Shown: positions 51,616 to 64,000 of the stretch, piece after piece
Layout: every line of letters starts with the position of its first letter
How positions within the stretch are numbered: position 1 is the first letter of the stretch
Assembly: GCA_026770705.1 (NCBI GenBank)
Contig: JANJGN010000041.1
Coordinates: forward strand, 6,324,001 to 6,388,000
Reading direction: 5' to 3'
DNA: 64,000 nt
From: Isurus oxyrinchus
Lineage: Eukaryota
Translations under genes and position numbers: made by a program
The notes under the pieces: model-generated
The model's database searches: none
What the model saw: the letters and a program-made list of their open reading frames with translations, nothing else
Told to the model about the DNA's origin: nothing

Positions 51616-54600
51616 GTAAGAGCATAAATACTACCATTACCGGCATAGATGCATGTTGACGTTTTTCTCAAACGCTGGTTCCAATAACATGACGTCGTTT
51701 CTTTACTGCTGGGGAGCATCAAAGCAGTGATATATGTTTAACCATAACGATAACAGATTTCTTCCTGCTGCTTTACTTTATACTCGGTGGTATCCACTGC
51801 TGATAACCTATTATTGCTTTATTGAATGTTATGTCACAGGGTGGGCTCTACAATAGTTATCATCATCAAGCACAAACCGAATTTCAACTTTTAGAAAATA
51901 CAATCTCTGAAAATCTGTGCAGGAGAAAATTTGCATTCTGCAAAATTCTGCTTGAAATACTTGAACCTTTTGTTCATGATTTTCATCAATTTTCCAATAT
52001 TTAGTGGAACAGAATCCCTGAAGAAAACATATGCTTATTACCACAGCGATCCTTTTGCAAATCTGTATGCAGAAAGGATATCGGGAAGTCTGGCTGAAAC
52101 ACATTACCGTGTGTGCTGAATACATTCCGACTGTCTATTGAAATACATTCATTTCTGCAGCCTCATTTATTGAGCACCTCAATAAATTTACATGAAGTGT
52201 AGTCACTTAAGTAATGAAAAAGATGACAGGCAATTTTTGTTCCGGAAGCTTCCACAAGCAGCAAGTTGATAATGACCAGATGATCCTTTTTTCTGTTTAG
52301 CAGAGGTTTAAATAGTGGTCATGACGCAAGGGGCTATGACAATGTTGTTCAGCGAAATAGTGGCATGGAATCTTTGACGTTTAACCTGTGAATCGAATTG
52401 ACATCTGTTCTGAAAGTTATTACATCCAATAATGCAGAACTACTTCACTACGGCAATGGATAATTAGCCGAGAATTTTGATCTCAAGAACTTACGCCGGA
52501 TGTAAGTAATCAAACATCTATCTCAGCACGTGGTTTGCTAACTGAGACATAAGTGGTCCGATTTCGGAAGACCTACGCTCCCCGAGTAGATATATGGTTC
52601 TCATTATTCTGCTCATTTCAATTTCTAGCCCTGCACTTCCTGCTGTTGAAAACGCTGCTTCAAAATCTAACTGAATTACACTGAGAATTGGAGTGGAGTG
52701 ATAGTAAGAATTGTCGGACTGCCCTGTGGCTTTGGGAAACTCATATTGTCACGATACATGGTGGCCCTGACAGAGGGCCAGAGGAGCATAGGAAATACGA
52801 GTAGAAGTCAACAATTTGGCAGCACGAGGGTGCTCCACTGCTCAAGTATACCATGGCTGAAATTATGCCTCCGCGATATTCCATGCACTATTTCATACCT
52901 TTGTGTGCATTTAATATTTAGAATTCGGTTCATCAGCACTTTCAACATATTCAAAGACTGCCCGTCAGCCGAGTTTTCCGTATATAAGTTCGAACATTTA
53001 ACCTTACCTGAGTGATGAAATTCTTCCTCATCTCAGTTCCAAATTGCAGACCTTTTATTCTGATATTGCTTTTCCTGGTTTTAGACACACCCGCTAGATG
53101 AAACATCCATTAAAGATCTACACCGCTGAAACTTATAAGAATGGTGAATGCTTCAGAGAGATCACTTCTGATTGGTAAAAGCTCCAGAAAGCAGAAGATG
53201 AGTCTCGTCAATGTCTCCACACAGGATAACACCAGTTAAGTACCAGTAGCCAAGAAGTATTCTGTTTAACATTCCTTATCGCAGAGCTAGAACAACAACT
53301 AATGAAATCTACACCAAAGGAGTAAAGTAGAATGTTTGAAAGCACCACAAACATCACCATAAAGAATCCACATGAAAATTACAAAGTTGCTTATACGCTG
53401 GGCTTTGGTTACAATTTGTGGCTGTGCACAAATCAGCTCCAGCTGATGGTCCACAGTCCCTTGTAAATGCAGATTTTTTAGTTCTTTATCAAGGTGAATC
53501 CTACCCCATTTAGCACAATGGTTGCATCACAAAATTGCGGTGGATGGAAGCCCCGATATGAGGGCGGAATTAGTCTGTACGAGGACCATGCCCAGGTCAA
53601 TCTAATCAAGCATTGAATAGACAGATGGACATTTAGTGGGCAGGTTGGTGGAGCAAATTCAATAAGCTTTTTGCACCTGGTTCTTTCCCTGACCACCTGC
53701 CAAAGACCCTGTCTAGCACTTAACATTATGACTCTGCCAGCTCGGTCATTAGTGGAGCTACCAATCCTTTCTTGCTCACAGACAACGAGGTCCCCGACGT
53801 ATCTCACTTTTTTTTTCTTGTCACTCCCCAAAACGTCGGCCATTAATGATCATTAATTCATCCGCTGAGGGGAACGGTAGGTGGTCACCAGGAGAGGACA
53901 TTCATTGCCCATGTGATGTCATGAGATTTCATGTAATTACCACGTGCTCTGAAATGGTGCACACTGAAAGTGTTGCAACATGGTGCTTAGGAAAGCAGTA
54001 ATGCAATTGAGCACAAGAAATTGGATGGTTGATTCAACTTTTACATAAGATTATTTCACTCAGATGTTTGCTGATGATTGATAAGAACTTTAAAAGCAGT
54101 AAGAGGAATTATTCAGTTAGGGATAAAAAGCTTGATTCATTAAGTTTAAGAATACTTGCAAATCAAGAAGTCTTCTTTGTCCAGGATTAAGTCAATATCC
54201 TTGAAGTCTCTTGGAGCGTAAATCATCTGGACAGGTGTAGCTTATCCCATCAGACTCCTGATTTGTGTATATCAGATGGAGGAAAGGTTTTGTAGAGTAA
54301 GGAGTTTCATTGCTCAACATAGTAAGCTCAGATTCTGAGCAGCCCTTTTAGTCGCAATTTCTTGTCAATGGTTTTTCCAAGGATGTTGAAAATGGGGCCT
54401 GAAGCCTGTACATCAGCCTGTTTCTTCAGTCATTCCTTCAATTCAAGTGCTGAGAATCGCATTGTATAAAGACTGGCATCTGGGATGCTTGTCATCCATA
54501 GGAGGAGATCGGAATGGTGCATCCACCCGTTACTTCAGGGTGAATGTGGCTGCAAGTTCTACAGCCATGTATATGCAGTGCTTCGCTGCACTCCACAGTC

Positions 54601-55349
54601 ATTGCCGATGGGGATATTGGTGGAAGCAGTCCAAAAGTGAGGTGCAGAACTTTCCACCACCATTGAAGTCTTGTGTGACAGGACTTCAGAGCTGAGCTAT
54701 CGTTATTTGCTAGGAGGATGATGGAGCTCTGTCTCTCTCATGCTGAATACGCTGTTTTGCCTGCAAGTAGCCCTGTCATACAATTCACCCGGTTAAGCCC
54801 TGTAGTTAGGTATGATCGCTGCTGATGTGGACATATGACAGATGTTGGCAAAGTTCCTTCATTTGTGCATTTGACCACGAAAGCCTGGAAGGATTAGTGC
54901 AGAAGTGGCATGGGAACACTCTTCGTTACAAAATCCTTTCCAAGTCACACACCAAGCTGACTTGGAGAGACATAACATTTCCCTGACTGTCACTGGATCT
55001 AAAACCTGGAAATCCACCGCTCGAAGCATTGTGTCTGCACCAGCTTGACATGGACTGCAACATTAGAAAACCTTATTTTCAACGGGGATTCGTGAAAATA
55101 GAAGTAAAAGTGCAATTCTTGTCAATGTATCCAAAGAAAAGAAAATGTTGCATGATGACGAATCTATGACTATTGATAGCCTTTTTGTATTGAAATGACG
55201 GCCCTGGCTGCTTCTTCCGTTCCCACTCAACAAAGATTATCTACAAAATCAATGTTTAAATACGAATTATATCCGGAGTAGACTGGCCCCTAACTGAGAA
55301 CGTATATTTTGATTTCAGTCCTCAATATTAAATCTTAAACCAGAAGGAT

Positions 55350-56056
55350 TGCCTGGAATTTTCGTCCACACATCGCCCCCTCGCGTCCCAAGCCCCAAAT
55401 TCCCCACTCTCCAACAGCCATCGCCCACAAAAATGCCGAATCCGCGCAAAGAACATTGACTTGCATCGTGTATGATGACGTCACGTACTTGAATCTCCCA
55501 GATGCAGCTGGAGAACAGGCGGGCCCACCTTTTCCAAGTTAGCAATTAGAAAGTTATTGAGCTTGTGTATGACACAATCGTATCTTTTTTTTCATTGGTG
55601 CTCTGCACTTACCGTGGCCCAGAGGAGAGAGAAAAAAATATTTCTGGGCAGCTACCATCAGGCGAGAATCGCGAGGAAGACAGGTTATGCCTCCGGGACC
55701 ATGATTGAATGTAGCAACGGCTTGTGCTGGTGAAGCCTTCATGTTTACTTTTCAGGTTTTTATTTCTTGCCTGAGCTTTCAGGGAAAATTATTTTTTGAA
55801 AATCAGTTTCTGAGAGCACGTGATCTTGACCTTGCAGCCATACCGACTTGCTGCTTACAGTATTACTCTCTGCCACATGCTGTTCAGGCTTTCACTGCCG
55901 ATTGGACGTGTCCCCACTTTGCATCACTCAATGCCTCCTCCAAGTGGGAATTTAATGAATTGCGGAGCGGGAGATGGTCTAAGGGAGGGCGAGTAGGAAA
56001 GGGCTAATTTTGCATTTCTCCAATCTCATGCTGCCCGCAAATGTAAAATCCAGACC
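55350..56056. mobile_element. MITE-like non-autonomous DNA element
   Basis: Imperfect TIRs tgcctggaatttt / aaaatccagacc and a GC-richer interior; only the left end survives in copy A (~9180-9260). Confidence 0.45.
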
Positions 56057-56963
56057 GCTCTCTACTTATTGTATTGTTTCTTAATGATCTTAAATCACGT
56101 TTAGCGGTTTGAACATGCGCCGGAAGATTTCTGTCACTTCTCTAGAGTAACTGTTGCTGTCGAGCCTGCAGCAATGTGCCATACACACAAACACACTTCA
56201 GTGGATCACACTCAGAGTAGTGTTCGCCACAGCATTCACAAATTCACTGAAATGAATTAATCCTTAATGATCTGTTTTGAATGCAAAATATGCCATAGAA
56301 AATTGTTGTTTTGTTCTTAAATTGCGAATATAACATTGCTGTTAAAGTGCTATGGATTTGGGACCGTGGAGGAAACTGCATTGCTCTGTCGTTCTTCACA
56401 CTCAGGTAACGAGTCTGCAGTAACGACACCAAGAGGCCCATGAACTGAAGTGCACTGCACCTGCTCCAGGTTCCTTTTCCTAAACACCAAAGCAATAACA
56501 GGTCAGAAGCAGATTGCAGTTGCAGAGAGCAATGGGTCCTTCTGTCGCGTTTATACATGTTGATTTCTCTAATTTATTTATCAGGGAATAATGTTCATAA
56601 TATATTTGATGACGGTATTCTTAATTTGCTAGCTAAATAGTTGATAATGGATTGAATAGGTCACTATTTCTTCAGTTGATCATTGAATGGTTAATTTCTG
56701 GGGCATTTCAACGTTCAATTCGGAGGAAAATTCTGGGAATATACTGATAATTTATTGAATAATAGTTTTGATAATTAATTTGTTCAAACATTGGCTGCTT
56801 CATTACACGATTGTTTAAATTATTGTATTTTTTAAGCCCTTTCCTAATTTACAGTGCTGGCCAGTAGAGTTTCAAGTGCTGATAATTTGACTAAGAATCT
56901 TTGTATAATTCACAATAGTGCACGGATAATTATGCCTCTCAGTTTAAATGCACGTCATTATAG

Positions 56964-56966
<3 letters not shown>

Positions 56967-57024
<58 letters not shown>

Positions 57025-57027
57025 TAT
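56967..57027. repeat. (TA)n microsatellite
   Basis: Direct observation. Confidence 0.95.
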
Positions 57028-59547
57028 TAGGTTTGATCAAATAATAATAGGTATTGGGTAAATGAAGGTCAATTTTAATTTTTAACAATTACTTCAAGCT
57101 GCAATTGTGTCAAAAAAGCTTTGATTAATAATGCTTCCATCTTTTCCAGTGTATCCTTCATGGTCAACAGAAACCCAAACCTTAATTTTTTATCAATTGC
57201 CTGGCGTTTTCAGTGTTGTTTTTGATTTTCTTTGACAGCTCCATTAAGGCAATGACTGTTTGCTGCTTGCATTCGAGTTAGAAAACTGTGAATCGAAGGT
57301 TGCCAAGTGGGCTGTGTATTTAACGCAAATAGGTTTTTTTTGTTTGTGTGGTCAAAGCTTGCCAACTTATAATCCGATCAAAAAATGTAAAGACGCTGTT
57401 TATCTTTATCCGACTAATTTGTTTTTCATCATTCAACGTTCATCTGAATCATTAACCAACAACTTACTGAAATAATATGATCCAAAATGTTACTTCACCA
57501 CCCCGTTAACAGACGTTCAATGCATTGTTTTTCAATAAGTTCAAGTTTGCGAAAACTCTCCGTTCAGTCTGCACCATGTTGCATAACCATGAAACCAGTT
57601 GGTACTTGAAATAACTCTCTACCTACTCGTCCCATTATTTTGAGAATGTGCATTTTCCATTCCCTATTCTGTGCCTCACGAATCTGACCAGAGATTTCAG
57701 TTGGAAGGCGATTCAACACCATTGTCACAGCCATGTCATCCTATCCTATAGCATCCCCACCTGAACGACAAAGAAACTTTCAGCAGCGAGCCGATTTCCT
57801 ACTTGCGATAATAATTCAGGCTAGTGTTATTTACCTTGCTTTAAAATGCAGGAATTAATTTAGTAAATGTGCGCATCAAGTTGTTACATATCTGGCAGCT
57901 ACAAATTAGATTCACTTAGAAAATCTATTCTTCAAAATTCAAATGGACCTTTACTAAGTAAACAACAGAAATCGTAATGCAATCAGTGAGTCACGTCAAT
58001 TTCGCTTGAATTGTATAAATCATTTAATTTAATCAGTAATCCGTATAAATGTCTGTCTGAAGTTAATCTTCTGCAGAATAATGCACCATTGAATATCTTG
58101 GCCTATTCCCTAAAAAGGATCCTGCATTTTGAAAAAAAAAAGAGAGATGGATTTTAACAAATAAGGCAACGGTTTTATGAGCCTGCCCAATCTGAAATGA
58201 ATTCAAACATGGGGCTGGTAGGAGTTAGGTGTTTATCGTCACGTATTCGACAATTTGTAATTTCATTTTTCTGAACATCTATTAGTCTACAGAATCAAAT
58301 CGATGTGCCCTTCACTGTCAATCGTTATCCCGCACTTTGTGCCCAGCAAAAATCAATTTTCAGCTTCACATTTAAAATCACTTCACACGGATGCTGTGCT
58401 TGGGATGCAAGCGTCTCCCTCCTGCCCTTTCAGCAACTAAGTGATTTGTTTTGCAGCCGATCAATTATTGGGAACTCTGTCCTGTCTACTTGGAAGCAAA
58501 ACACTAGTTATGACCTCGCTAGGATCACATCTCCGAATGGCTCAGTAACTTTGCTTTGCAAGAAATGTGCCCCTATGGCCAATAAATATTGCACACTCAA
58601 TCTGATAGCAAAGTCACCCTTCCCAATCAGCAATTAAAATGCCCTCTTTTTCAGTACTGAATGCACCCATTCTGCGTAGCAATGTTGTTTTACTCATTCT
58701 GCAATAAATTAGCGATGCATTCACATGAAATATTCACAGTGCCCAGCCAGCATATCAATCTCAGATTACTCAGTCTAACGTAAAGCACATGACTGATCAG
58801 ATCTCATCATCGAATAAAACTTCTCCCTGGGAACCTGCATAAGAACGTCACCTAATACTGATTGGCATTGTGCCGCTCCTCTGATGACACCTGTGTAAAC
58901 TAGCGTTCAGCCTTATCTATGCTGGTCTTTTATGTAGCTCAGTGACCATTTTCTGGTCCTTTGCCTTTACCATTTCATCTTTACTCTCACAAGCGTTCAA
59001 AGTCTGTTCGTGCCGCTGGGCAATATCTTACCTTCAAGCTGCAGGTCCTGTAGCACAGTAAACCTTCCCAGTACTTATTCACATCTATAGACCACCCAGC
59101 ACGCCTTTCTCCACTCCCTCTTCCAGAGTATAACTCTTCCAGGCCTAGATTCTATTTTGTGCCTTAATTTCCCCACTTCACATTGTACCAACACATAAGA
59201 GTTGACTCTGTAGACCTCCCCCTTGCCTTTTAATATTCACCATGCCATTTGTTTGTGTGTAATCAATTTTTCCAGGTCACATTCGCCCTCAGCAACCTCA
59301 ATCGTTATTATACAATTGTTGTCCAGTTTACATTGAAGATGTTGCTTTCAAACGACGAAGTATCAAATGATGTTTTTCGTCCCTATCAAATTTAAGTAGG
59401 TCCAGTTTACATTTAGAACGTGCTCGCCTCGGAAAGCTGACTGTGCATTGTTTGGTCAAATGAACGATCCTTTGCTGCAACAGGAAGAAAATTATTCACG
59501 TTCATCCGTGTCATCTATCTCCTGCTCTCTCTATCCCTCTCTTACAG

Positions 59548-60485
59548 TTAATGTTGTTGCGATTGTGATTCTTTCACGAGGAAAGTGTGGCCTTTCCAAA
59601 GGTATTACCCAGTATATGATCGCCATGGCTGCTGCAGATCTCCTGGTTGTTTGTGCAGAAGTCATACTGAAGAATATATTGGAAATTTATTTACCTGTTT
59701 CATTTTTGACCATGAGCACAATGTGCATTCTAACTGTGACTCTGACTTATGTAGTCACATCAGCCTCTCTCTGGTTCACAGTGGCGTTCACCTTCGATCG
59801 TTTTGTGGTCATATGCTGTAAGAAGCTACGAAAAAAATATTGCACGGAGACAACAGCAGTAGCTGTCATATCAATAGTGAGTGTTTTGAGTTGTTTGATA
59901 AACATTCCCTGGTACTTCGCATTTGAACCTGCGTATATAATGGACAATGTAAATTGTGGTTGTGTCGTAAAACAGACATTTTTCATTTCTGCTGAATGGG
60001 CCGTATTTGACATGTTTACCGTTACCTTGACCCCATGTGTTCCATTCATTCTAATTTTGTTGCTAAATGTTTTGACGGCAAGACGTATTTTGGCGGCCAG
60101 TAAAGTTCGCAGGGGTCTCCGCAGTTGCAGCAATGGAGAACATCACAAGGATTCTGAAATAGAAAGCCGAAGAACATCCATTATTTTACTCTTCAGTATA
60201 ACAGCCAGCTTTATATTGCTCTGGACAACTTCGCTTATATATATTTTGTCACTGCGTGTATCCATCACATCAAATTCTGGCACAAATGAGCTTGAGTCAG
60301 TTGGATCCATGCTTGGGATCCTCAGTTGCTGCACAAATACATTCATTTATGTGCTGACACAGGCTAAGTTTAGGGAGGAGCTGAAGAACGGAATGCAGTA
60401 CCTTGTGAAGCTGTGCGTAAACATAGGCAAATTACAGCTGCGGACACATTGTTCTTTACAGGAGGACAGAAACTTTCTGCCCTGA
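59548..60485 (+). CDS. GPR139/GPR142-like class A GPCR (probable G-protein coupled receptor 139-like), copy B, coding exon 2; spliced product 335 aa
   Basis: Acceptor ttacag at 59547; intact frame with AAADLL, FTFDRF, IPWYF, FILLW, CCTNTFIY, KFREEL; stop TGA 60483-60485. Confidence 0.92.
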
Positions 60486-60650
60486 AAGAACTCATGTTAG
60501 CGAAATGCTTGTAGAAGCGTTTAAGCGCTCTGGATAATATAATATCCTCCTAAAAATGCTCACTTATGATATAATGTCAAATTGGACTTTTCAAAGTATA
60601 CTGTAATCTAAGGTGAATTGTAAGTTGTGATAATAATAAGAATAACTAAT

Positions 60651-60656
60651 AATAAA
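60651..60656 (+). terminator. Candidate polyadenylation signal, copy B
   Basis: AATAAA ~165 nt after the stop, aligned with the copy A signal. Confidence 0.45.
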
Positions 60657-63600
60657 AATACAGAACCGCACCTGTTAGTGTTGCAGAGTTTAAAAGGGTC
60701 AAATCTGATGCCAGGTTCCCACAGTCTTCTGTTCATTGGAAGAGCTGTTCTGATCAACATGAGAATACCCGAAACATCACCAGTACATGGGGGAATATTC
60801 AGAACAGGTTTTATGAAGTCTGGTACTCTCCAAATATCCAACAGTTGCACAATCAGCTGCTTCTCAGAGTTCCAAAGAACTCGAATGATTAAAACAAGGA
60901 AGGCATGGTCATCACGTGTTTTGTAAAACGACGGTTATTGGCGCAATTGATCACTCATTCCCACGCTCCATAGGGCTGAGACGAATCCATATATTGTATT
61001 CAAATCTATTAAATCCAATTTTCCTACGATTCGTTTGAAAGCACTAATAGCTCATACTTGTTTTTCCTCGATTAATGAGGCTACCTCCTCTCCACATGCT
61101 CATTCACAACACTGTCTGTTGCATGTTATCTGGTGCCTCCAAATAGCTGTGATCATATTTCTTTAATATGTTTGACTTGATAGCCATTCATCAATAACAC
61201 GTGTGACGCTTCAACCAGGTACCTGCACGAATTCCCAGCCAAGAAACATCTGATCACACATGGCCCTACCATCAACTTCCTTCTTTGTACACCTATGCAT
61301 ACTGAATTTAAAAAAAAAATGTAATGTAATTCTTCTCGTCCCATATTCTTATCATTTACTTAGCTTAAATGCCGTTCGTAGAATGCAGCCATAGATAGAC
61401 TACAGCACAAAAGCAGACCATTTGTCCCTTCCTTTCCTTATTGTACCACTTCAGGAAGATGCAACCTGTAGGCATTCCACCAGCTACTCTCTGTTATCTG
61501 GGTCATTCGCTTTTCTCAGATATTAATCCAAAATCCAGTTGATCATTCTGAATTAACCACCCCAATTACCCGGTAAAATGATTGGCCAGAACAACTGCCA
61601 ATTAAAAGAGCATTAAATAGAAAACTGCAACCGCTGTCCTTGAATAAATTCACGTTTAAAACAAGACAGATTCGGTCATGGCATGAGTGGCACAGCTGGC
61701 AAGAAAAACAATTATTGCCAATCTTTAATTGCTATTACAGCAAAGCATACGTGATCCTTCGTTTCAAGCAGCTACAGTGTTTCTGATGTCTTCGCAAAGG
61801 CTGCTTAGGGTCTTAATTATTAATTGCCCACTCAGCCGGCCCAGCTACCACTCTTTTCTAAATGTTTGATCTCGCCTTTTGACAACTGCACTTTCTAAAT
61901 AACCACCCGACCGCTCAGCTTCCGGTCCTTTTAGTTCCTCAAGGAACCAGAGTTTCGCAAAATAGTGTCCGAGTCTCAACTAAGTTTAGTTCCCTCAACA
62001 ATGACCTCCTCTCGATCTTAAGTTCGGAAATGGGAATGTTCGCTCATGGTTGCACGATGTTCAACACAATTCGTGACTCCTGAGATAATGAGGTTGTCCT
62101 TTCCCAAATACAGCATCTTCAGGCTTTGGCTGACATGTGGCCAAGGACGCTCACACCATACAAGCAACTGGCAATGACTATCTCAAAAAGAAAAAATCAA
62201 GCCATCGCCCTTCGACGTCCAATGGCATTACCATCGCCCAAAGTCACATTTGCAACATTCTAACGGATATCATTGACCAGAAACAACATAACTGGATTGG
62301 CCATATAAAAATAATGTCTTCCATTGCAGTTCAGATGCAAGGAATCCCGCGGCGAGTAACATACCTCCTGACTCCCCAATTCCTTTCCACCATCTGCAAG
62401 GCATAAGATAGTATTGTGCTGGTATACTCTCCACTTGCTTAGATGTGTGCAGCTTCAATAGCAGTCAAGAAGAATGATAAAATCTGGGACAAATCAGCCG
62501 TTGATTGACACCACATGAAAAAACTTTGACTCTCTCCACCACCGATGAACAATGGCATCAGGGTTTATTACCTGCAAGGTGCACTGCAGCAATTCTCGAA
62601 ATCACCTTAGACATTACAGTCCAAGCCCACGACCACAACCATATGGAAGGATAATGGGCAGCAGGTGCATGGGAACACAATGCTTTGTAAGTTCCACTCC
62701 AAGCTACTCCCCAGCCTGATTTGAAATTATCTACCTGCCCCTTCATTGTTGTTGGGTCAAATTCAATGGAACTCCATCCATAACTGCAGTATTGGTATAG
62801 GATTACCAGAGGGATTGAGGCGATTGAAGCAGGCAGCTAAGCAGCACGTTCTCTAGAGTACCTACGTCTGGACACTAAATGTGGTGTGAACAATTGACGC
62901 CAACACCCTCTTAACGAATAATAATAAACTATCATTGTGTCTGTGGCTACACGGCTACTGTGCATCCCATTTCTCTGTTCTAATATAGTTGTAATTGCGT
63001 GTAATTGGCAAGTGACCCGTCCCACTCCCACAACCCGCGCCTCTGTCCTCTTTAATGAGCCTAAATGTTCTTAAGCAGCATTATCTGTGATAATTTGTCT
63101 ATTAATTTCTGAAAATCCTCTAGGGCATGTATTCTCTTCATTAATCTTCTCTGTTGTAATATCAAAATGCAACTAGTTTGTTGAAGCATGTTCTTATTTT
63201 AAGGCATGGTGTTATAAACCATTCATCATTCTTAATTAAATTCAATAGTTTCCAATTCCCGGCTAGACTCTTGACAGTCAGGACAGGTTTATTTACTCTT
63301 TTACTGCTGCAGCTGAACAGTGAGAGCAGAGATTGAGAGAGAGCTTGGAGCTGAGAACAAACAGGTGATTTTTCTTTTAAGGGGTCGTTGAGGCACGAGG
63401 GCAGAAATATAAAAAGAGCGGGAGCCGGGTTGCCAGAGGAGAGATTGAAAAAGAGCTAGAGGGAGATAGTCAAATCCCAGATTAGAAAGTGGCTGACCTC
63501 CCATAACAGAGTTCAAACCAATGGGAGCTAGATAATTTAAAACTTAAAGGCGGTCTTCTCCCAGAGCAGTGATTTATAAAAGTTCAGGATCTAAATAGCT

Positions 63601-64000
63601 AGAGCATATTTTAATAAGAAGCAGGAAGTATTAGCTAGACACGGATGGGGTGGGAATTAACAAGTGAGGTTGATAGGAATCCATTGCAATAGGACATGGA
63701 GAGTCTACCTGAATAGGCAGGGGATTAGCAGAGGCAATTTAATGCGTTAAAATATAAAATCTTACAATTTGGCAGAAGGGGTAGTGAGGGGGAATAAAGA
63801 CGCAATGTCACTGAATTTGATAGAATGGATGGTTAAATGTGCATAGGCTTTGATCTTTGATTGTGGTAGACAGATCCTTGCCTTGGATATGGAGAATTGC
63901 AGTGACAACACCTGGCACCGTACTTTGGGGGAGGGATATGGACTGCACTGGGTGACCTTTGAATATGGACGACCTTTCATTTCTGAGTAAGTTTGAAGGT

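Larger units (their letters stand above)
45730..62980 (+). repeat. Segmental duplication unit, copy B
   Basis: Colinear with 1-14030 apart from several indels; direct colinearity ends after ggctacacggctactgtgcatcccatt (~62970). Confidence 0.92.

Overview
Eukaryotic, repeat-rich vertebrate DNA. The repeat families and the receptor type suggest a cartilaginous fish (inference). The window is organised around an old tandem segmental duplication: 1-~14030 is colinear with ~45730-~62980. Each copy carries an intact two-coding-exon class A GPCR of the GPR139/GPR142-like type. Copy A is 4548-4617 + 10534-11435 (323 aa) and copy B is 51546-51615 + 59548-60485 (335 aa); they are ~80% identical by manual count. 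The ORF track misses both 70-nt first exons. The ~31 kb spacer holds decayed mobile DNA: a hAT transposase relic, CR1/L2-type LINE relics and a young Penelope-like insertion with a 12-bp TSD and a hammerhead-like motif. It also holds two tRNA-Asp pseudogenes in a duplicated block, three copies of a module with a 51-bp minisatellite derived from the CR1 ORF2 PHLEYCVQFWSP motif, and a ~190-bp-arm inverted repeat. A SINE and a Gmr1-type Gypsy relic (integrase before RT) interrupted by a solo LTR are also present. No prokaryotic features or CRISPR arrays were seen. Boundaries of decayed repeats are approximate and all alignments were done by eye.
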